From an archaeon (GTDB taxonomy: Archaea; Nanobdellota; Nanobdellia; Pacearchaeales; GW2011-AR1): a stretch of 64,000 bases of DNA. The notes beneath the pieces were generated by a model. It was given only the letters and a program-made list of their open reading frames with translations, searched no databases and had not been told where the DNA came from. The stretch lies in NCBI GenBank assembly GCA_038121585.1, contig JAYONY010000002.1, positions 95,341 to 159,340 on the forward strand, in the 5' to 3' direction. The first letter of the stretch is position 1. The number at the start of each line of letters is the position of its first letter. The translations under genes and the position numbers were made by a program. This document shows, one piece after another, positions 9,139 to 19,198 of the stretch.

Positions 9139-11256
9139 ATGGAGATTTTTAGAAATTGTGGATTTCCACACATTAGTAGAAAACAGAAGACACTGACGTT
9201 TTTCGTTGGTATGTTCTTGCTTAGTGCAGCGTTCATAATCGCATTTAACACTTCTGAAGAGTTTAGGAATTTTACAGGTAATGTTATCAGTAGCTTTAGC
9301 GGACCTGAGTATGCAAATATTACTATTGATTTTGAGAATGAGGTAGGAGTTATTCGGGATGATTTTTATGGTGTGAGTAATTTTAATGGGTATCTTTCAG
9401 ACTTATCATATGTAACATCTTCTGGTGGATGGTCTCTGTTTGATACTCCTTCTAACGAAACGCACACACGGCAGGCGTTTATTGACGCTAATTTGAAGAT
9501 TTTTAGAAGTTGGGCGTTTCTCACTCTTCTCTCTTCCGAAGAAGGGGTGTTGAGGAATCTCGATTCTGACGCTACCTATCATGCAACGCTTTGGAACGTT
9601 GATGCTTTAACAGACCAAAATAAGTGGGCGTATGAAAATGATAAGATAATGATGTACAATATTGCGGGTATGCCTGAGTGGCTTGCTGACAAATCTACTG
9701 GTTGGTGCACTGACCGTCCAATTGACGGCTTATATTATTCAGATCATTTTCTCAATACTAATTGGAGTTCTTGCTCACCAACAAATTACACTAAGTACCA
9801 GGAAGTTGTGACTGAATTAGCAATGAACATCTCAAATAATTGTGAATATGCAGATCATATCTGGTTTAATATTGGTAATGAAATGGAGCAGACGAATTGG
9901 CTTGATAACTTGCCAGCTGATGATCCTCTAAAAGCTGCAGAATTTGTGAAATTATATGAGCATACGTATGATGCACTAGATCCTTTGTGTGATGGGCGTT
10001 TTACCTTGGGAGGTGCTTCTGGACTTCGGTTTTTCCCAAACATGCATCATGCATTTTTAGCGAACATGTCTGATAAAATGGATTATTATTCTGAAAACAT
10101 CTATTCTGACTGGTATAATCCGTATATTGAAACTACAACTATTGATTATCGTGTCGAGCAAATTATTGATAATTGCGAATTGCATGGGGCTAATTGCGAC
10201 CATATTATTATTTCGGAATGGGGGTATATTTTCAACTCCGAGGACCGGGATGATTATATGAATGTTGATGTAGGATATGTCTATCTTACAATGTTGCGTA
10301 AATATCCTGCTAATATCTCGCTGGCGTTTCATGAATATATGCTTCCCGTTAATGGAAGCGATTATCATTTCATCTCTGAACCGTCTCTTTCAGATGCGTT
10401 TTATAATCCGTATAATGTAACGAAGGATTTTGCAACATATCATGCCGGTGGGGAGGCTGTTGTTACCTCAAATGCTGATCTGAGCACAATTCATGTTGTC
10501 GTAAGTAAGGAAAGCAATGGAACAGGTCATATTTCAATCATTAATGAGGGCGGCGATACTGATGTTACGTTGCTACTAGAAAACAGCGCTAACTTAACGT
10601 TTACTGATGTCAAGACAGGACAAAACTATAGTGCAAGCAATAATTCAGTAGCTATTGGTGTTATTGATATGCATAAAATTCGGCATTTTACGTTTAGTGA
10701 TTCTATTGTAAGTGGGGGATCAGAAGAGCCACCTCCTCAAGGCGCTTCTTCTTCTTCTGGCGGTAGTTCTTCTAGTAGTTCCTCTGGCGGATCATCTAGT
10801 AGTTCTTCTTCTGGCGGTAGTTCTTCTAGTAGTTCCTCTGGCGGATCATCTAGTAGTTCTTCTTCTGGCGGTAGTTCTTCGAGTAGTTCTTCTGGTGGGT
10901 CAGCACAAACAAGCCCTCCTGTAGTGCCTCCTGCTCCAGTAGAACCTAATGAGTCTAATGAATCTCCAATACCTCCTCAACCTCCTATTCCTCCTGTAGA
11001 GACCACTGAAGTTGCAGTTGGTGATAACGAACAAGTGCCTTTTTCAGAATCGTTTTTAACAGGATTTGGTATTTTTGAATCTGATAATGAGGGTGGTGTA
11101 AGGAACGTTGCGCTCCTGATTACGGTGTTTGGAATTCTTGCTGGTGCGATTATTATTAAGGTCCTACAAAAAAAGAAAGTTTCATCAGCAAATAAAAGAA
11201 ATCAGTTATTTATCGTTAAAGCAAGCAGGTTTAAAAAACCAAGTAAAAAGAAATAG
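9139..11256 (+). CDS. Surface-anchored glycoside-hydrolase-like protein (clan GH-A-like) with Ser/Gly repeat and Pro-rich stalk
   Basis: N-terminal TM, IGNEMEQ (NE-type acid/base motif), SSGGSSSSSSS repeats, PPVVPPAPVEP stalk, C-terminal TM plus basic tail. Confidence 0.5.
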   Translation: MEIFRNCGFPHISRKQKTLTFFVGMFLLSAAFIIAFNTSEEFRNFTGNVISSFSGPEYANITIDFENEVGVIRDDFYGVSNFNGYLSDLSYVTSSGGWSLFDTPSNETHTRQAFIDANLKIFRSWAFLTLLSSEEGVLRNLDSDATYHATLWNVDALTDQNKWAYENDKIMMYNIAGMPEWLADKSTGWCTDRPIDGLYYSDHFLNTNWSSCSPTNYTKYQEVVTELAMNISNNCEYADHIWFNIGNEMEQTNWLDNLPADDPLKAAEFVKLYEHTYDALDPLCDGRFTLGGASGLRFFPNMHHAFLANMSDKMDYYSENIYSDWYNPYIETTTIDYRVEQIIDNCELHGANCDHIIISEWGYIFNSEDRDDYMNVDVGYVYLTMLRKYPANISLAFHEYMLPVNGSDYHFISEPSLSDAFYNPYNVTKDFATYHAGGEAVVTSNADLSTIHVVVSKESNGTGHISIINEGGDTDVTLLLENSANLTFTDVKTGQNYSASNNSVAIGVIDMHKIRHFTFSDSIVSGGSEEPPPQGASSSSGGSSSSSSSGGSSSSSSSGGSSSSSSSGGSSSSSSSGGSSSSSSSGGSAQTSPPVVPPAPVEPNESNESPIPPQPPIPPVETTEVAVGDNEQVPFSESFLTGFGIFESDNEGGVRNVALLITVFGILAGAIIIKVLQKKKVSSANKRNQLFIVKASRFKKPSKKK
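10744..10902 (+). repeat. In-frame 54-bp tandem repeat (about 2.7 copies) encoding GGSSSSSSSGGSSSSSSS
   Basis: Copies start at 10759, 10813 and 10867. The first two are identical by eye and the third is truncated with one substitution. Confidence 0.85.
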
Positions 11257-11258
11257 GT

Positions 11259-12617
11259 ATGGATAGCAATCTCGTACTAGTGGCCAGTAGCGGGTTACTT
11301 GTGCTCGTTGGAGTAATTACAATGGCACTCTTCTACCTCGTACGAACAAAGAAACTTCAGAACACCTGGGTGGGCAAAAAATACACCTATATTATGGGTG
11401 AATCACTGTATAGGAATTCAGTGTATTTGATGATTAACACTGTTGTGGTCACAGGTCTTGGATTTTTCTTTTGGCTCATTAATACTCGATTGTTCACTGC
11501 TGAGGAGATTGGTCTTGCAACTTCTGTAATTAGTGTTATGGGGGTTATAACAGGGATATCTGTTCTCGGACTTAATATCGGTCTAATTCGATTTTTACCT
11601 AAATCAAAGAAAAAAAATGAAAAAATTAATGCTTCATTTATGACCATTTTGCTCTCTTCTATTGTTGTTTCAAGTATTTTTCTCGCTCTATTGCCCTTTA
11701 TCGCTCCTGAACTCATGTTCCTTCGTGCAAATGCGTTAATCGTCATTTCATTTGTGTTTTTTATGTTTGTAGCAGGGTGCAATTTACTTATAGATAGTAT
11801 TTTCACAGCGTTTAGAACTACAAAACACATTATTGTAAAAAATGCAGTTTTTAGTGTTCTCAAGCTAGTATTGCCTTTCTTCTTGGTCTTTTTAGGAGCG
11901 TATGGTATCTTTAGTGCGTGGATGATTTCGCTCATTGCTGCTGTGCTAGTAAGTATTAGTATTCTAATGCGAAAATTTGATTACGTCCCAAAGATTGAAT
12001 TGAATAAAGAAGTGGTAAAGGATATCGGAGGGTATAGCTTTGGAAACTATGTTGCTGGGTTTATTAGCGGATTGCCGTTGCTTGTGTTGCCGTTGCTTGT
12101 ACTTAATCAGCTAGGTGCCGAATCTGCAGCATATTATTATATTGCGATGATGATCGCAGCACTTTTGTTTGTAATTCCACAAGCAACAAGTCAAAATGTT
12201 TTGGCTGAAGGGTCGTATTCTGAGAAAGGATTGAGGGAACAGATTACTAAGGCAAGTAAAATTATTGCAGCGCTGCTACTCCCTTCAGTAGTGTTTATTA
12301 TCTTCTTTGGTAAGTATCTCTTATTGCTCTTTGGAGGAGAGTATTCTGAAGGCGGGTTTGAACTCTTGCAGTTACTTGCCCTTAGCGGTATGTTCGTAGC
12401 TTTTAATGCGGTTTTTACGGCTATTTTCCAAGTGCAAAAAAGAATTACTGGTTTACTCATACGAAGTATTGTGAGTTGTACACTTACTATCTCGCTTGCA
12501 TACGTATTTATTGCTCAAGGTGCTGGCTTAGTGGGTATTGGATATGCGTGGATTGTAGGTCAAGTGGGCATGGCACTCTTTTTTGTAGTAATGCATTTTG
12601 CACGAAAAAATAAATGA
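11259..12617 (+). CDS. Polysaccharide/oligosaccharide flippase (MOP/Wzx-like)
   Basis: 452 aa, about 12-14 TM helices, lying in a glycosyltransferase cluster. Confidence 0.6.
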   Translation: MDSNLVLVASSGLLVLVGVITMALFYLVRTKKLQNTWVGKKYTYIMGESLYRNSVYLMINTVVVTGLGFFFWLINTRLFTAEEIGLATSVISVMGVITGISVLGLNIGLIRFLPKSKKKNEKINASFMTILLSSIVVSSIFLALLPFIAPELMFLRANALIVISFVFFMFVAGCNLLIDSIFTAFRTTKHIIVKNAVFSVLKLVLPFFLVFLGAYGIFSAWMISLIAAVLVSISILMRKFDYVPKIELNKEVVKDIGGYSFGNYVAGFISGLPLLVLPLLVLNQLGAESAAYYYIAMMIAALLFVIPQATSQNVLAEGSYSEKGLREQITKASKIIAALLLPSVVFIIFFGKYLLLLFGGEYSEGGFELLQLLALSGMFVAFNAVFTAIFQVQKRITGLLIRSIVSCTLTISLAYVFIAQGAGLVGIGYAWIVGQVGMALFFVVMHFARKNK

Positions 12618-12651
12618 ATACTCTTAAAAGGGGTGATTTTGGAGGTCTACT

Positions 12652-13524
12652 ATGGTAAAGCCTCTTGTTTCAGTGATTATCCCCTCATATAATAACGCAT
12701 TGCTAATTGAGAAATGTATTGATTCGATTATAGCTCAAAGCTTCAAACGACTAGAGATTATTGTTGTTGATGATTGTTCTACTGATGATACGATTGCAAG
12801 ACTCAAAAGATGTAATGATAAGCGATTGAAGGTTTTGCAAACAAAACAAAATGGGGGCAGTGCTATTGCTCGCAATAAAGGGATTAAAAATGCAAGGGGT
12901 ACCTATCTATTCTTTATTGATGGTGATTGTATTGCTGAAAAAGATTGGATTGCACAGGGCTTAAAGGTTTTCAAAAAAGAGAATTGCATAGGGGTCGAAG
13001 GTAGAATTCAGTATGTTTCTAAAAACTATAAGCCAGGGGTTATGGATAATGTTGCTGAGAATAAGCATGGTGGGACGTTCATGGGTGCGAATATTGCATT
13101 TCTAAAAAAAGTAATTGATGATGTCGGGGGATATGATGAGAACATGATTCGAATGCAGGATCGAGATATCGCTTTTAAAGTTTTGAAGAAAGGGCGTATT
13201 ATGTTTGCAAAAAATATGGTTGTTACACATCAAAAAGTTGCTTGGACATTTAAGAAAAAGATGTGGTTAGCTAAAGAATGCACGAAGACGAATATTACAC
13301 TTTTTAAAAGGTATAATGATAGAAATCAATTTGTAGGGAGGGTGTATCAACCTGTTAATTTGCTTGCTGTAGTCTTTCCGCCTACTGTATTGGGTTTATT
13401 ATTTACAAAGCGTTTTAGAAAGGTTTCTGATTTGAAGGTACTTGCCTGGACATATGCGTTTGTTGTTGTTGAACGATTCACGCTTTGGAAAACAGCCTTT
13501 AAGGAACGCATATTTCTAGTGTAA
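12652..13524 (+). CDS. Family-2 glycosyltransferase (tandem paralog 1)
   Basis: VSVIIPSYNNA, VVDDCSTDDT, FIDGDC. GGAGG lies 8 nt upstream of the ATG. Confidence 0.8.
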   Translation: MVKPLVSVIIPSYNNALLIEKCIDSIIAQSFKRLEIIVVDDCSTDDTIARLKRCNDKRLKVLQTKQNGGSAIARNKGIKNARGTYLFFIDGDCIAEKDWIAQGLKVFKKENCIGVEGRIQYVSKNYKPGVMDNVAENKHGGTFMGANIAFLKKVIDDVGGYDENMIRMQDRDIAFKVLKKGRIMFAKNMVVTHQKVAWTFKKKMWLAKECTKTNITLFKRYNDRNQFVGRVYQPVNLLAVVFPPTVLGLLFTKRFRKVSDLKVLAWTYAFVVVERFTLWKTAFKERIFLV

Positions 13525-13586
13525 TGTTGTAATTCACCAAGGGTAACTCCCGTTAAGTTTAAAAATGATTTATCGTCAACTAAACT

Positions 13587-14459
13587 ATGAAAAAACCTGT
13601 AGTTTCAGTTATTTCCCCGAATTACAATAATGCGAAGTATATTGAGAAGTTTGTTGCATCAATTTTAAGTCAAAGTTTTAAGGATTTTGAATTGCTTGTT
13701 GTTGATGATTGTTCTACTGATGATACGATTGCACGACTCAAAAAGATAAAAGATAAGCGTCTTAAGGTGCTTAAAACTCCTGCTAACGGGGACATTTCAG
13801 TTGCAAGAAATCTTGGTATGAAACATGCGAAAGGAAAATACATTTTTTTCACTGATGGTGATTGTACTGCCGATAAAAATTGGCTTGCAAAGGGTGTAGA
13901 AACGTTTGAGAAAGAGCAATGTCTTGGTGTTGAGGGAAAGCTCCAATATGTTTCAAAAAATTACAAGCCAGGGTTTATGGATAATGTTGCTGAGAATCCG
14001 AGCGGAGGACGGTATATGGGTGCTAATGTTGCGTATACTAAAAAAGTTGTTGACGAGGTAGGGTTTTTTGATACTGCTATGCGGAGAATGGAAGATCGAG
14101 ATTTTGCGCTTCGAGTGTTGCAAAAAGGAAAAATCGTATTCGCTAAAGATATGGTTGTTACGCATCAAAAATATCCTTGGACGTTTAAGAAAAAGATGAA
14201 GTTAGCGCGTGAGGACACTAAAGGTAATATCACGCTGTTTAAAAGATTCAAGGATAAAAATCAAATTTTTGGAAGGATTTACCAACCAGTTAATCTATTA
14301 GCGCTTTTTTTCCCACCACTAGTGCTAGGGGTTCTTTTTACTAAAAAATTCAATAAGATTTCTGATTTAAAAGTGCTTAGCTGGACGTATGCGTTTGTTG
14401 TTGTTGAACGATTCACCCTTTGGAAGAATGTGTTCAAGGAACGTGTTTTCTTAATCTAA
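13587..14459 (+). CDS. Family-2 glycosyltransferase (tandem paralog 2)
   Basis: Same length (290 aa) as 12652..13524 and collinear with it, e.g. VVDDCSTDDTIARLK and VLAWTYAFVVVERFTLWK/VLSWTYAFVVVERFTLWK. Confidence 0.8.
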   Translation: MKKPVVSVISPNYNNAKYIEKFVASILSQSFKDFELLVVDDCSTDDTIARLKKIKDKRLKVLKTPANGDISVARNLGMKHAKGKYIFFTDGDCTADKNWLAKGVETFEKEQCLGVEGKLQYVSKNYKPGFMDNVAENPSGGRYMGANVAYTKKVVDEVGFFDTAMRRMEDRDFALRVLQKGKIVFAKDMVVTHQKYPWTFKKKMKLAREDTKGNITLFKRFKDKNQIFGRIYQPVNLLALFFPPLVLGVLFTKKFNKISDLKVLSWTYAFVVVERFTLWKNVFKERVFLI

Positions 14460-15952
14460 GCTACTTTATCTTCAAAAACAATTTTTCCTGTATAGGATAG
14501 TAATTCTATACCTAAGAAATAAACAGGGTAGGTGAAGTAGACGCTATTTGAAGTCAGCAGGTATAAAAGTACACCTAAAGCGACCAGTCCTCCTTTGAGG
14601 TATATCCGTTTACCAAGTGAGATTCTTGCAAACGCATGTTTATCTGATAAATAGTAGTACGTGCTTTCTAGATGCGTATTTATGAGGAGTACAAAGAAGA
14701 GGGTTTGAACCTGTATCAAATCAATAAATATAATGAGGGGAATAAATGCCCTACACAGTTTGAGTGTTGTAAACGTAACTATCTTTTGAGGTTTAGAGGC
14801 GATTGTGTGCAAGAAGTACATTCCAATACAGAAAAGCATGAGCCAGAAGTATAGTGCTGCGTTGTAGCCTTGATGGCTAAAGTAGAGCAATATAATGTCT
14901 AGTGTAACAAGTCGTATGAATATGAATAGGCCCGTATTAATCTTAGTTCCGGGTCGTATCCTCAGAGTGTTATTGCTGCTTTTTGTAAGTGCGTAGATGT
15001 CATTAATAAGGCCCCCTATCTCATACGCTGTAAAAAATGCGAAGAATGAAAGTCCGGATAGGAAGAGGGCGGTCATAAAAGGTGTGTTTGGTATTGAAAA
15101 GAAATATACGAATAATGCTACGGGTAAGATATTCTTTAAGAATACTTCAATTACCGCTCCTCGTAAGTGAAACCTGCTTATGAGATAATAAAAAGTAGGG
15201 ATATAGGCATATGGTGCAGTTTTTGTATTTATACTATACACATCGTCTTTTGTAGGGTTTTCCAGTTGCTTTTTTGCATAATTTTTTAGGATTGGTATGC
15301 GCACTTGATAGCGTCGCATATTTTTTTTCCATGCTTGCAATTCTTTTGGTGTGTGAGCAATTGCGTGTGCATTAGGGATTTGTTTCATAAGGAGCACATC
15401 ATCTTGATTATCTGAATAAAAACTAGTGTGTTCTACATCAAGCGCGTGGAGTTTATTTTCAAATAAGGTATCTTTTTTTCCAAGTAAATCAGTATGTAGT
15501 TTTCCAGTGTAGACTCCTTTTCGTACTGCTAGTTCTGAGGAGTAATACGTAGTAATGCCTAGTTTTGTAGCAAGTGCTTGTATTGGCGGATTAATGGATG
15601 CTGAGATGAGCACTATGTTTGTGTTGTGTGCTTGTTCTCGATGGAGTATCTGCATTATTTTTTCATGAAAGAGTTTTTTCTCATATAATTTCTCAACATA
15701 TGTTTTCGCTTTTTGTTCAATTTCATCTACAGTGTACCCTTTCAAAAGACTAATTATCCCTTGGCGAGGATAGTCTTTTTTGAATATGTGGTGTAGGTGG
15801 AGTGTGGTAATAATAAAAGAAATAAGGGTATAGAATCTAAAGAGGCAGTGGCGTAGTGGTTGTTCTTTGACTACAAATCCGATAAAATCGTGAGTGTTAT
15901 TTGTTTTTGTGAGGGTATTGCACACATCGAATAGTGCTGTTTGTTGTTTCAT
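14456..15952 (-). CDS. HAD-IB-like hydrolase domain fused to a polytopic membrane domain
   Basis: N-terminal ALFDVCNTL (motif I with Cys in place of the second Asp), ISASINPP, YSDNQDDVLLM. The C-terminal half has about 7 TM helices. Confidence 0.5.
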   Translation of the reverse strand: MKQQTALFDVCNTLTKTNNTHDFIGFVVKEQPLRHCLFRFYTLISFIITTLHLHHIFKKDYPRQGIISLLKGYTVDEIEQKAKTYVEKLYEKKLFHEKIMQILHREQAHNTNIVLISASINPPIQALATKLGITTYYSSELAVRKGVYTGKLHTDLLGKKDTLFENKLHALDVEHTSFYSDNQDDVLLMKQIPNAHAIAHTPKELQAWKKNMRRYQVRIPILKNYAKKQLENPTKDDVYSINTKTAPYAYIPTFYYLISRFHLRGAVIEVFLKNILPVALFVYFFSIPNTPFMTALFLSGLSFFAFFTAYEIGGLINDIYALTKSSNNTLRIRPGTKINTGLFIFIRLVTLDIILLYFSHQGYNAALYFWLMLFCIGMYFLHTIASKPQKIVTFTTLKLCRAFIPLIIFIDLIQVQTLFFVLLINTHLESTYYYLSDKHAFARISLGKRIYLKGGLVALGVLLYLLTSNSVYFTYPVYFLGIELLSYTGKIVFEDKVA

Positions 15953-18366
15953 TTGAATATGACGCTTTCCCCATTTGAATACACTAGATTTTTATTGTCT
16001 TCCAGGAATTCGTCTGGATAATTGTATGTTAGCGGGGCTATTTTAGTTAGTTTGATTGCTTGATCATTTGCAAAATTATTATAGTCTAAGTATACATAAT
16101 CATCTTTTTGAATTACTTCGGGGAATATATTTGGGTTAAATTCACGTTGCAAACGTATTTTTTGAGAAAGTAGCAGTTTGTATGATGAAAAGCTATCAAT
16201 GTAAATTGTTTTGTCAGGGTCATAATGGGTATAGAGCCATTCTCCAGAGGCAATGTCAGACTGGTGGGTGTAGAGTGAGTCATGTTCATACCCGTGATTT
16301 GCAAGGAATAGCTTTGTTTCAGGGCCTCCAAAAAAGTGGTGGACCGTGCCTGATAAAAATAGGAAATAGAGCGCTATGAACAGGGTGAAGAATAGTACTT
16401 GTCTTTTATGATTGAGGAGTGGGCCCAGACCAAAAAGGAGCATGGGGGATAGCACGAAGAGCATTTGTTGATAGGTTCTTCCGGTGTCATAACTGAGTGA
16501 TATGAAGGGGAGTACGAGCAGTCCAACAAGCAGTATAAATGCGATGAGTATCATAAGGGTATGTTCTAGGTTTTGCTTTTTGAACGGTTCATTTTTTCTA
16601 AGAAATTGAGCTACGAGGTAGTAGGTTGTTCCTATGGAGATGAACAGGCTTCCGAGCGCTTTTAGTATTTGCCGAATTCCTGTAACTGTTGTTGCTGCAG
16701 CTGCTCTATCTTCTTTTGCGGGGTCTCCTGAAATCTTAGGCTCGAACGAATAGTCTGCGTAGGTTTTGGGATCATAATAATTATGATTGGGGTATTGTTC
16801 TTTGAACGTAGCTACTATCTCAGCTGCTTGTTCTTCCATGCTCGGGGGATTTTCTTGTTTCCCAAAAAGATTGAATTGTTCAAAGACTGATTGCTCAGTG
16901 CTTTGCAGTTCTCGGTTAAAGATATTGTCTATATTATCAATGCTTTTTTCTGCAAAATTAAAGAGTGTGTCAGCTGTAGGGGTTACTTGTACGTACCAGA
17001 TAAATCCAAAAAATAAGAGGTATGCGAGTACCATGCCATTAAGGTAGAATTTTTCTTTATGGTACACGATTGTTTTTGTTTTTCGAATGTGTCGTTTCTC
17101 ATATGCTTTATAGCAGAGGATGCTTAAGTAGGTGAGGGTAAAAAATGCGAGTGCTATGTAGGTGGTGCTATAATGTGAGAGTATCATACCGACTCCGAAA
17201 ATGATGAATAGTGTTTTTCTGATGGTTGGTCTGATTTCTGTTGCGAATGCAACGAGGAGCATGAGGCTAAGAAAAATAAATGCTATTTCTTGTCGTGGTG
17301 ATAGTTGTATGAGGCTTGTGAAAAACATGGGTTGGAATATGAAGAATGCACTTGCTAAGAATGAATGTAATTTGCTGAAGTGAGTATTGAAACATAAGTA
17401 GAGCGTTACCGGAACTATCGAATAGAGTATCTGAAAAAATAATTTGATGATTATGTGATGGTTGACTTCGAGGAATGCTACTAAGATGTTTGGGAGCAAT
17501 GCTATGCTCGCCATAAATTCGTAGTTTGCTTGGCTTAAGCCTGCTAGGCCGCTTATACTCCAATAAGATGCTTGATGCACGAATTGTGTTACCATAAACT
17601 CAAGGTTAGGATCTCTACTACTCAGAAAATAACTGCGCATGGAAAATGAGAGGAGTAATGCAAGCCCCATAAGCCAGATTGCCCAAGGGTACACGTTAGG
17701 ATTGAGCTTATCTTTGAGTGCAACTGCAAGGAAAAAGTAGGTTAGTATTGAACCTATCATAAGAAGGGTGATGTTGCTTGTACCGTTATTATTGAGTATG
17801 AATGCTCCGAGCACTGCTAGAAACGGAAAGAAGAGCGGTAGTATGAAGAATACTGTGTTGAGGGTGTTGAGCTTTGGAAAATGCAGAGGGAATCTTGTAA
17901 CGTTTTTATTACGATAGTATGAAAGCACTCCGAGGGTTATGGTAAGTAGTGCAAAGCTAATGAGTAACGTATTTGTCTCAAGTGGAGTATCTGTAATGCT
18001 AAGCAGTGGGAGTGTCCAATTAATGATCATTCCCCCAACGAGTAAAAAAATGAGTGAGAGTCCGATTGTAAATACGAAATAATGCCAGTATGTTTTAGTC
18101 CTAATATTTAACAGGAGCATGAGCAGCAGGCCCGGAATGAGTGTTGCAAATAAAAATCCGAGTATTGTACGCGCATAACCGGGGTTTATATCGAGCGCTA
18201 CGAGTAATGCGAAAAAAAGTGAGAAAATACTTATTCCTAAATATAAGCCTTTTTTTGTTATGTGCATCCAGGTTTCTGTACGTGTAGGTTTCTGTTCTTT
18301 TTCAGGTGCTATTTGTGGTGGGAGCGTGAAAAAGCGTTTGAAGAGTGATTTACTTTTTAGTTCCAT
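15949..18366 (-). CDS. Large polytopic membrane protein, GT-C / DUF2206-like (glycan polymerase or transferase)
   Basis: 805 aa with more than 14 TM helices and soluble loops, embedded in a GT operon with overlapping stop/start codons. Confidence 0.45.
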   Translation of the reverse strand: MELKSKSLFKRFFTLPPQIAPEKEQKPTRTETWMHITKKGLYLGISIFSLFFALLVALDINPGYARTILGFLFATLIPGLLLMLLLNIRTKTYWHYFVFTIGLSLIFLLVGGMIINWTLPLLSITDTPLETNTLLISFALLTITLGVLSYYRNKNVTRFPLHFPKLNTLNTVFFILPLFFPFLAVLGAFILNNNGTSNITLLMIGSILTYFFLAVALKDKLNPNVYPWAIWLMGLALLLSFSMRSYFLSSRDPNLEFMVTQFVHQASYWSISGLAGLSQANYEFMASIALLPNILVAFLEVNHHIIIKLFFQILYSIVPVTLYLCFNTHFSKLHSFLASAFFIFQPMFFTSLIQLSPRQEIAFIFLSLMLLVAFATEIRPTIRKTLFIIFGVGMILSHYSTTYIALAFFTLTYLSILCYKAYEKRHIRKTKTIVYHKEKFYLNGMVLAYLLFFGFIWYVQVTPTADTLFNFAEKSIDNIDNIFNRELQSTEQSVFEQFNLFGKQENPPSMEEQAAEIVATFKEQYPNHNYYDPKTYADYSFEPKISGDPAKEDRAAAATTVTGIRQILKALGSLFISIGTTYYLVAQFLRKNEPFKKQNLEHTLMILIAFILLVGLLVLPFISLSYDTGRTYQQMLFVLSPMLLFGLGPLLNHKRQVLFFTLFIALYFLFLSGTVHHFFGGPETKLFLANHGYEHDSLYTHQSDIASGEWLYTHYDPDKTIYIDSFSSYKLLLSQKIRLQREFNPNIFPEVIQKDDYVYLDYNNFANDQAIKLTKIAPLTYNYPDEFLEDNKNLVYSNGESVIFK

Positions 18367-19198
18367 GGTTTAACTTGTTGCTTATAAAACCAAATACGTA
18401 TGGTATTGCAACGAGCGGTAAAAGTAATCGATCGTACATATTCCTTTTGTTAGTATAGGTTTGCGGTGTTCCTCCAACCATTGCCCGTTCTTTGCCAGCA
18501 TACCAGTATCTTCGAAAGACCCATGCAAGGCGCATTCTATCAGTTTGGATTTGGTGATGTACTGTTGCTTTTCCAGTATAGTATGTTGTAAATCCTTTTT
18601 TCTCGCTTCGAGCGCACAGATCTGATTCTTCCCCGCTCATGAGTGAGCCTGGTCGCCGACCAAGGTTTTCATCAAAAAATGCTTCTTGTTTGAGTAGTTT
18701 TTTATTTAGGCTAAAATTAACTCCTACTATTCTCGAAGTTTCTAGTGTTGTCGCTCCTAAATCTATCGTTGAGTACATATCCATGAGGATATTTGATTTA
18801 TGATACCATTTTGGTTTGCAAAGCCATTTAGCAACTGATTTTCCTCCTACAATTGCTGCTTTTGGATTGGCACGATAAGTGTTTGCGAGTTCATACGCCC
18901 AGTTTGGTTCGGGTATTGCGTCTGAATCAATAAAGAGGACGAGGTCTGTTTTTGCGAGTTTGATGCCTATGTTTCGAGCGTTAGAAAGTGATTTATCTGA
19001 TATTTTCTTGTAGTGTATTGTAATATTTTTCGTTGATAGGTTGGCACAAAGTTTTTTTGTTGCGGCATCAAATGTTTGGTCTAGAAAATACACTGTTGCA
19101 CGAACATTTTTTTGTTGTGCGAGACCTTCTATACAGGGGTGGATGAGCTCGTTAGCTTCATTGTATCGGGTTAGTGTTATGGTTACGTTTGGTTTCAT
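18350..19198 (-). CDS. Family-2 glycosyltransferase
   Basis: VTITLTRYNE and FIDSDAIPEPNW (DxD). Confidence 0.7.
   Translation of the reverse strand: MKPNVTITLTRYNEANELIHPCIEGLAQQKNVRATVYFLDQTFDAATKKLCANLSTKNITIHYKKISDKSLSNARNIGIKLAKTDLVLFIDSDAIPEPNWAYELANTYRANPKAAIVGGKSVAKWLCKPKWYHKSNILMDMYSTIDLGATTLETSRIVGVNFSLNKKLLKQEAFFDENLGRRPGSLMSGEESDLCARSEKKGFTTYYTGKATVHHQIQTDRMRLAWVFRRYWYAGKERAMVGGTPQTYTNKRNMYDRLLLPLVAIPYVFGFISNKLNHGTKK

Noticed and set aside
10712-10924. 70-aa ORF (LLVVPLADHLVV repeats) in the Ser/Gly repeat.
   Set aside because: It is an alternative reading frame of the 54-bp coding tandem repeat inside the 706-aa surface protein.
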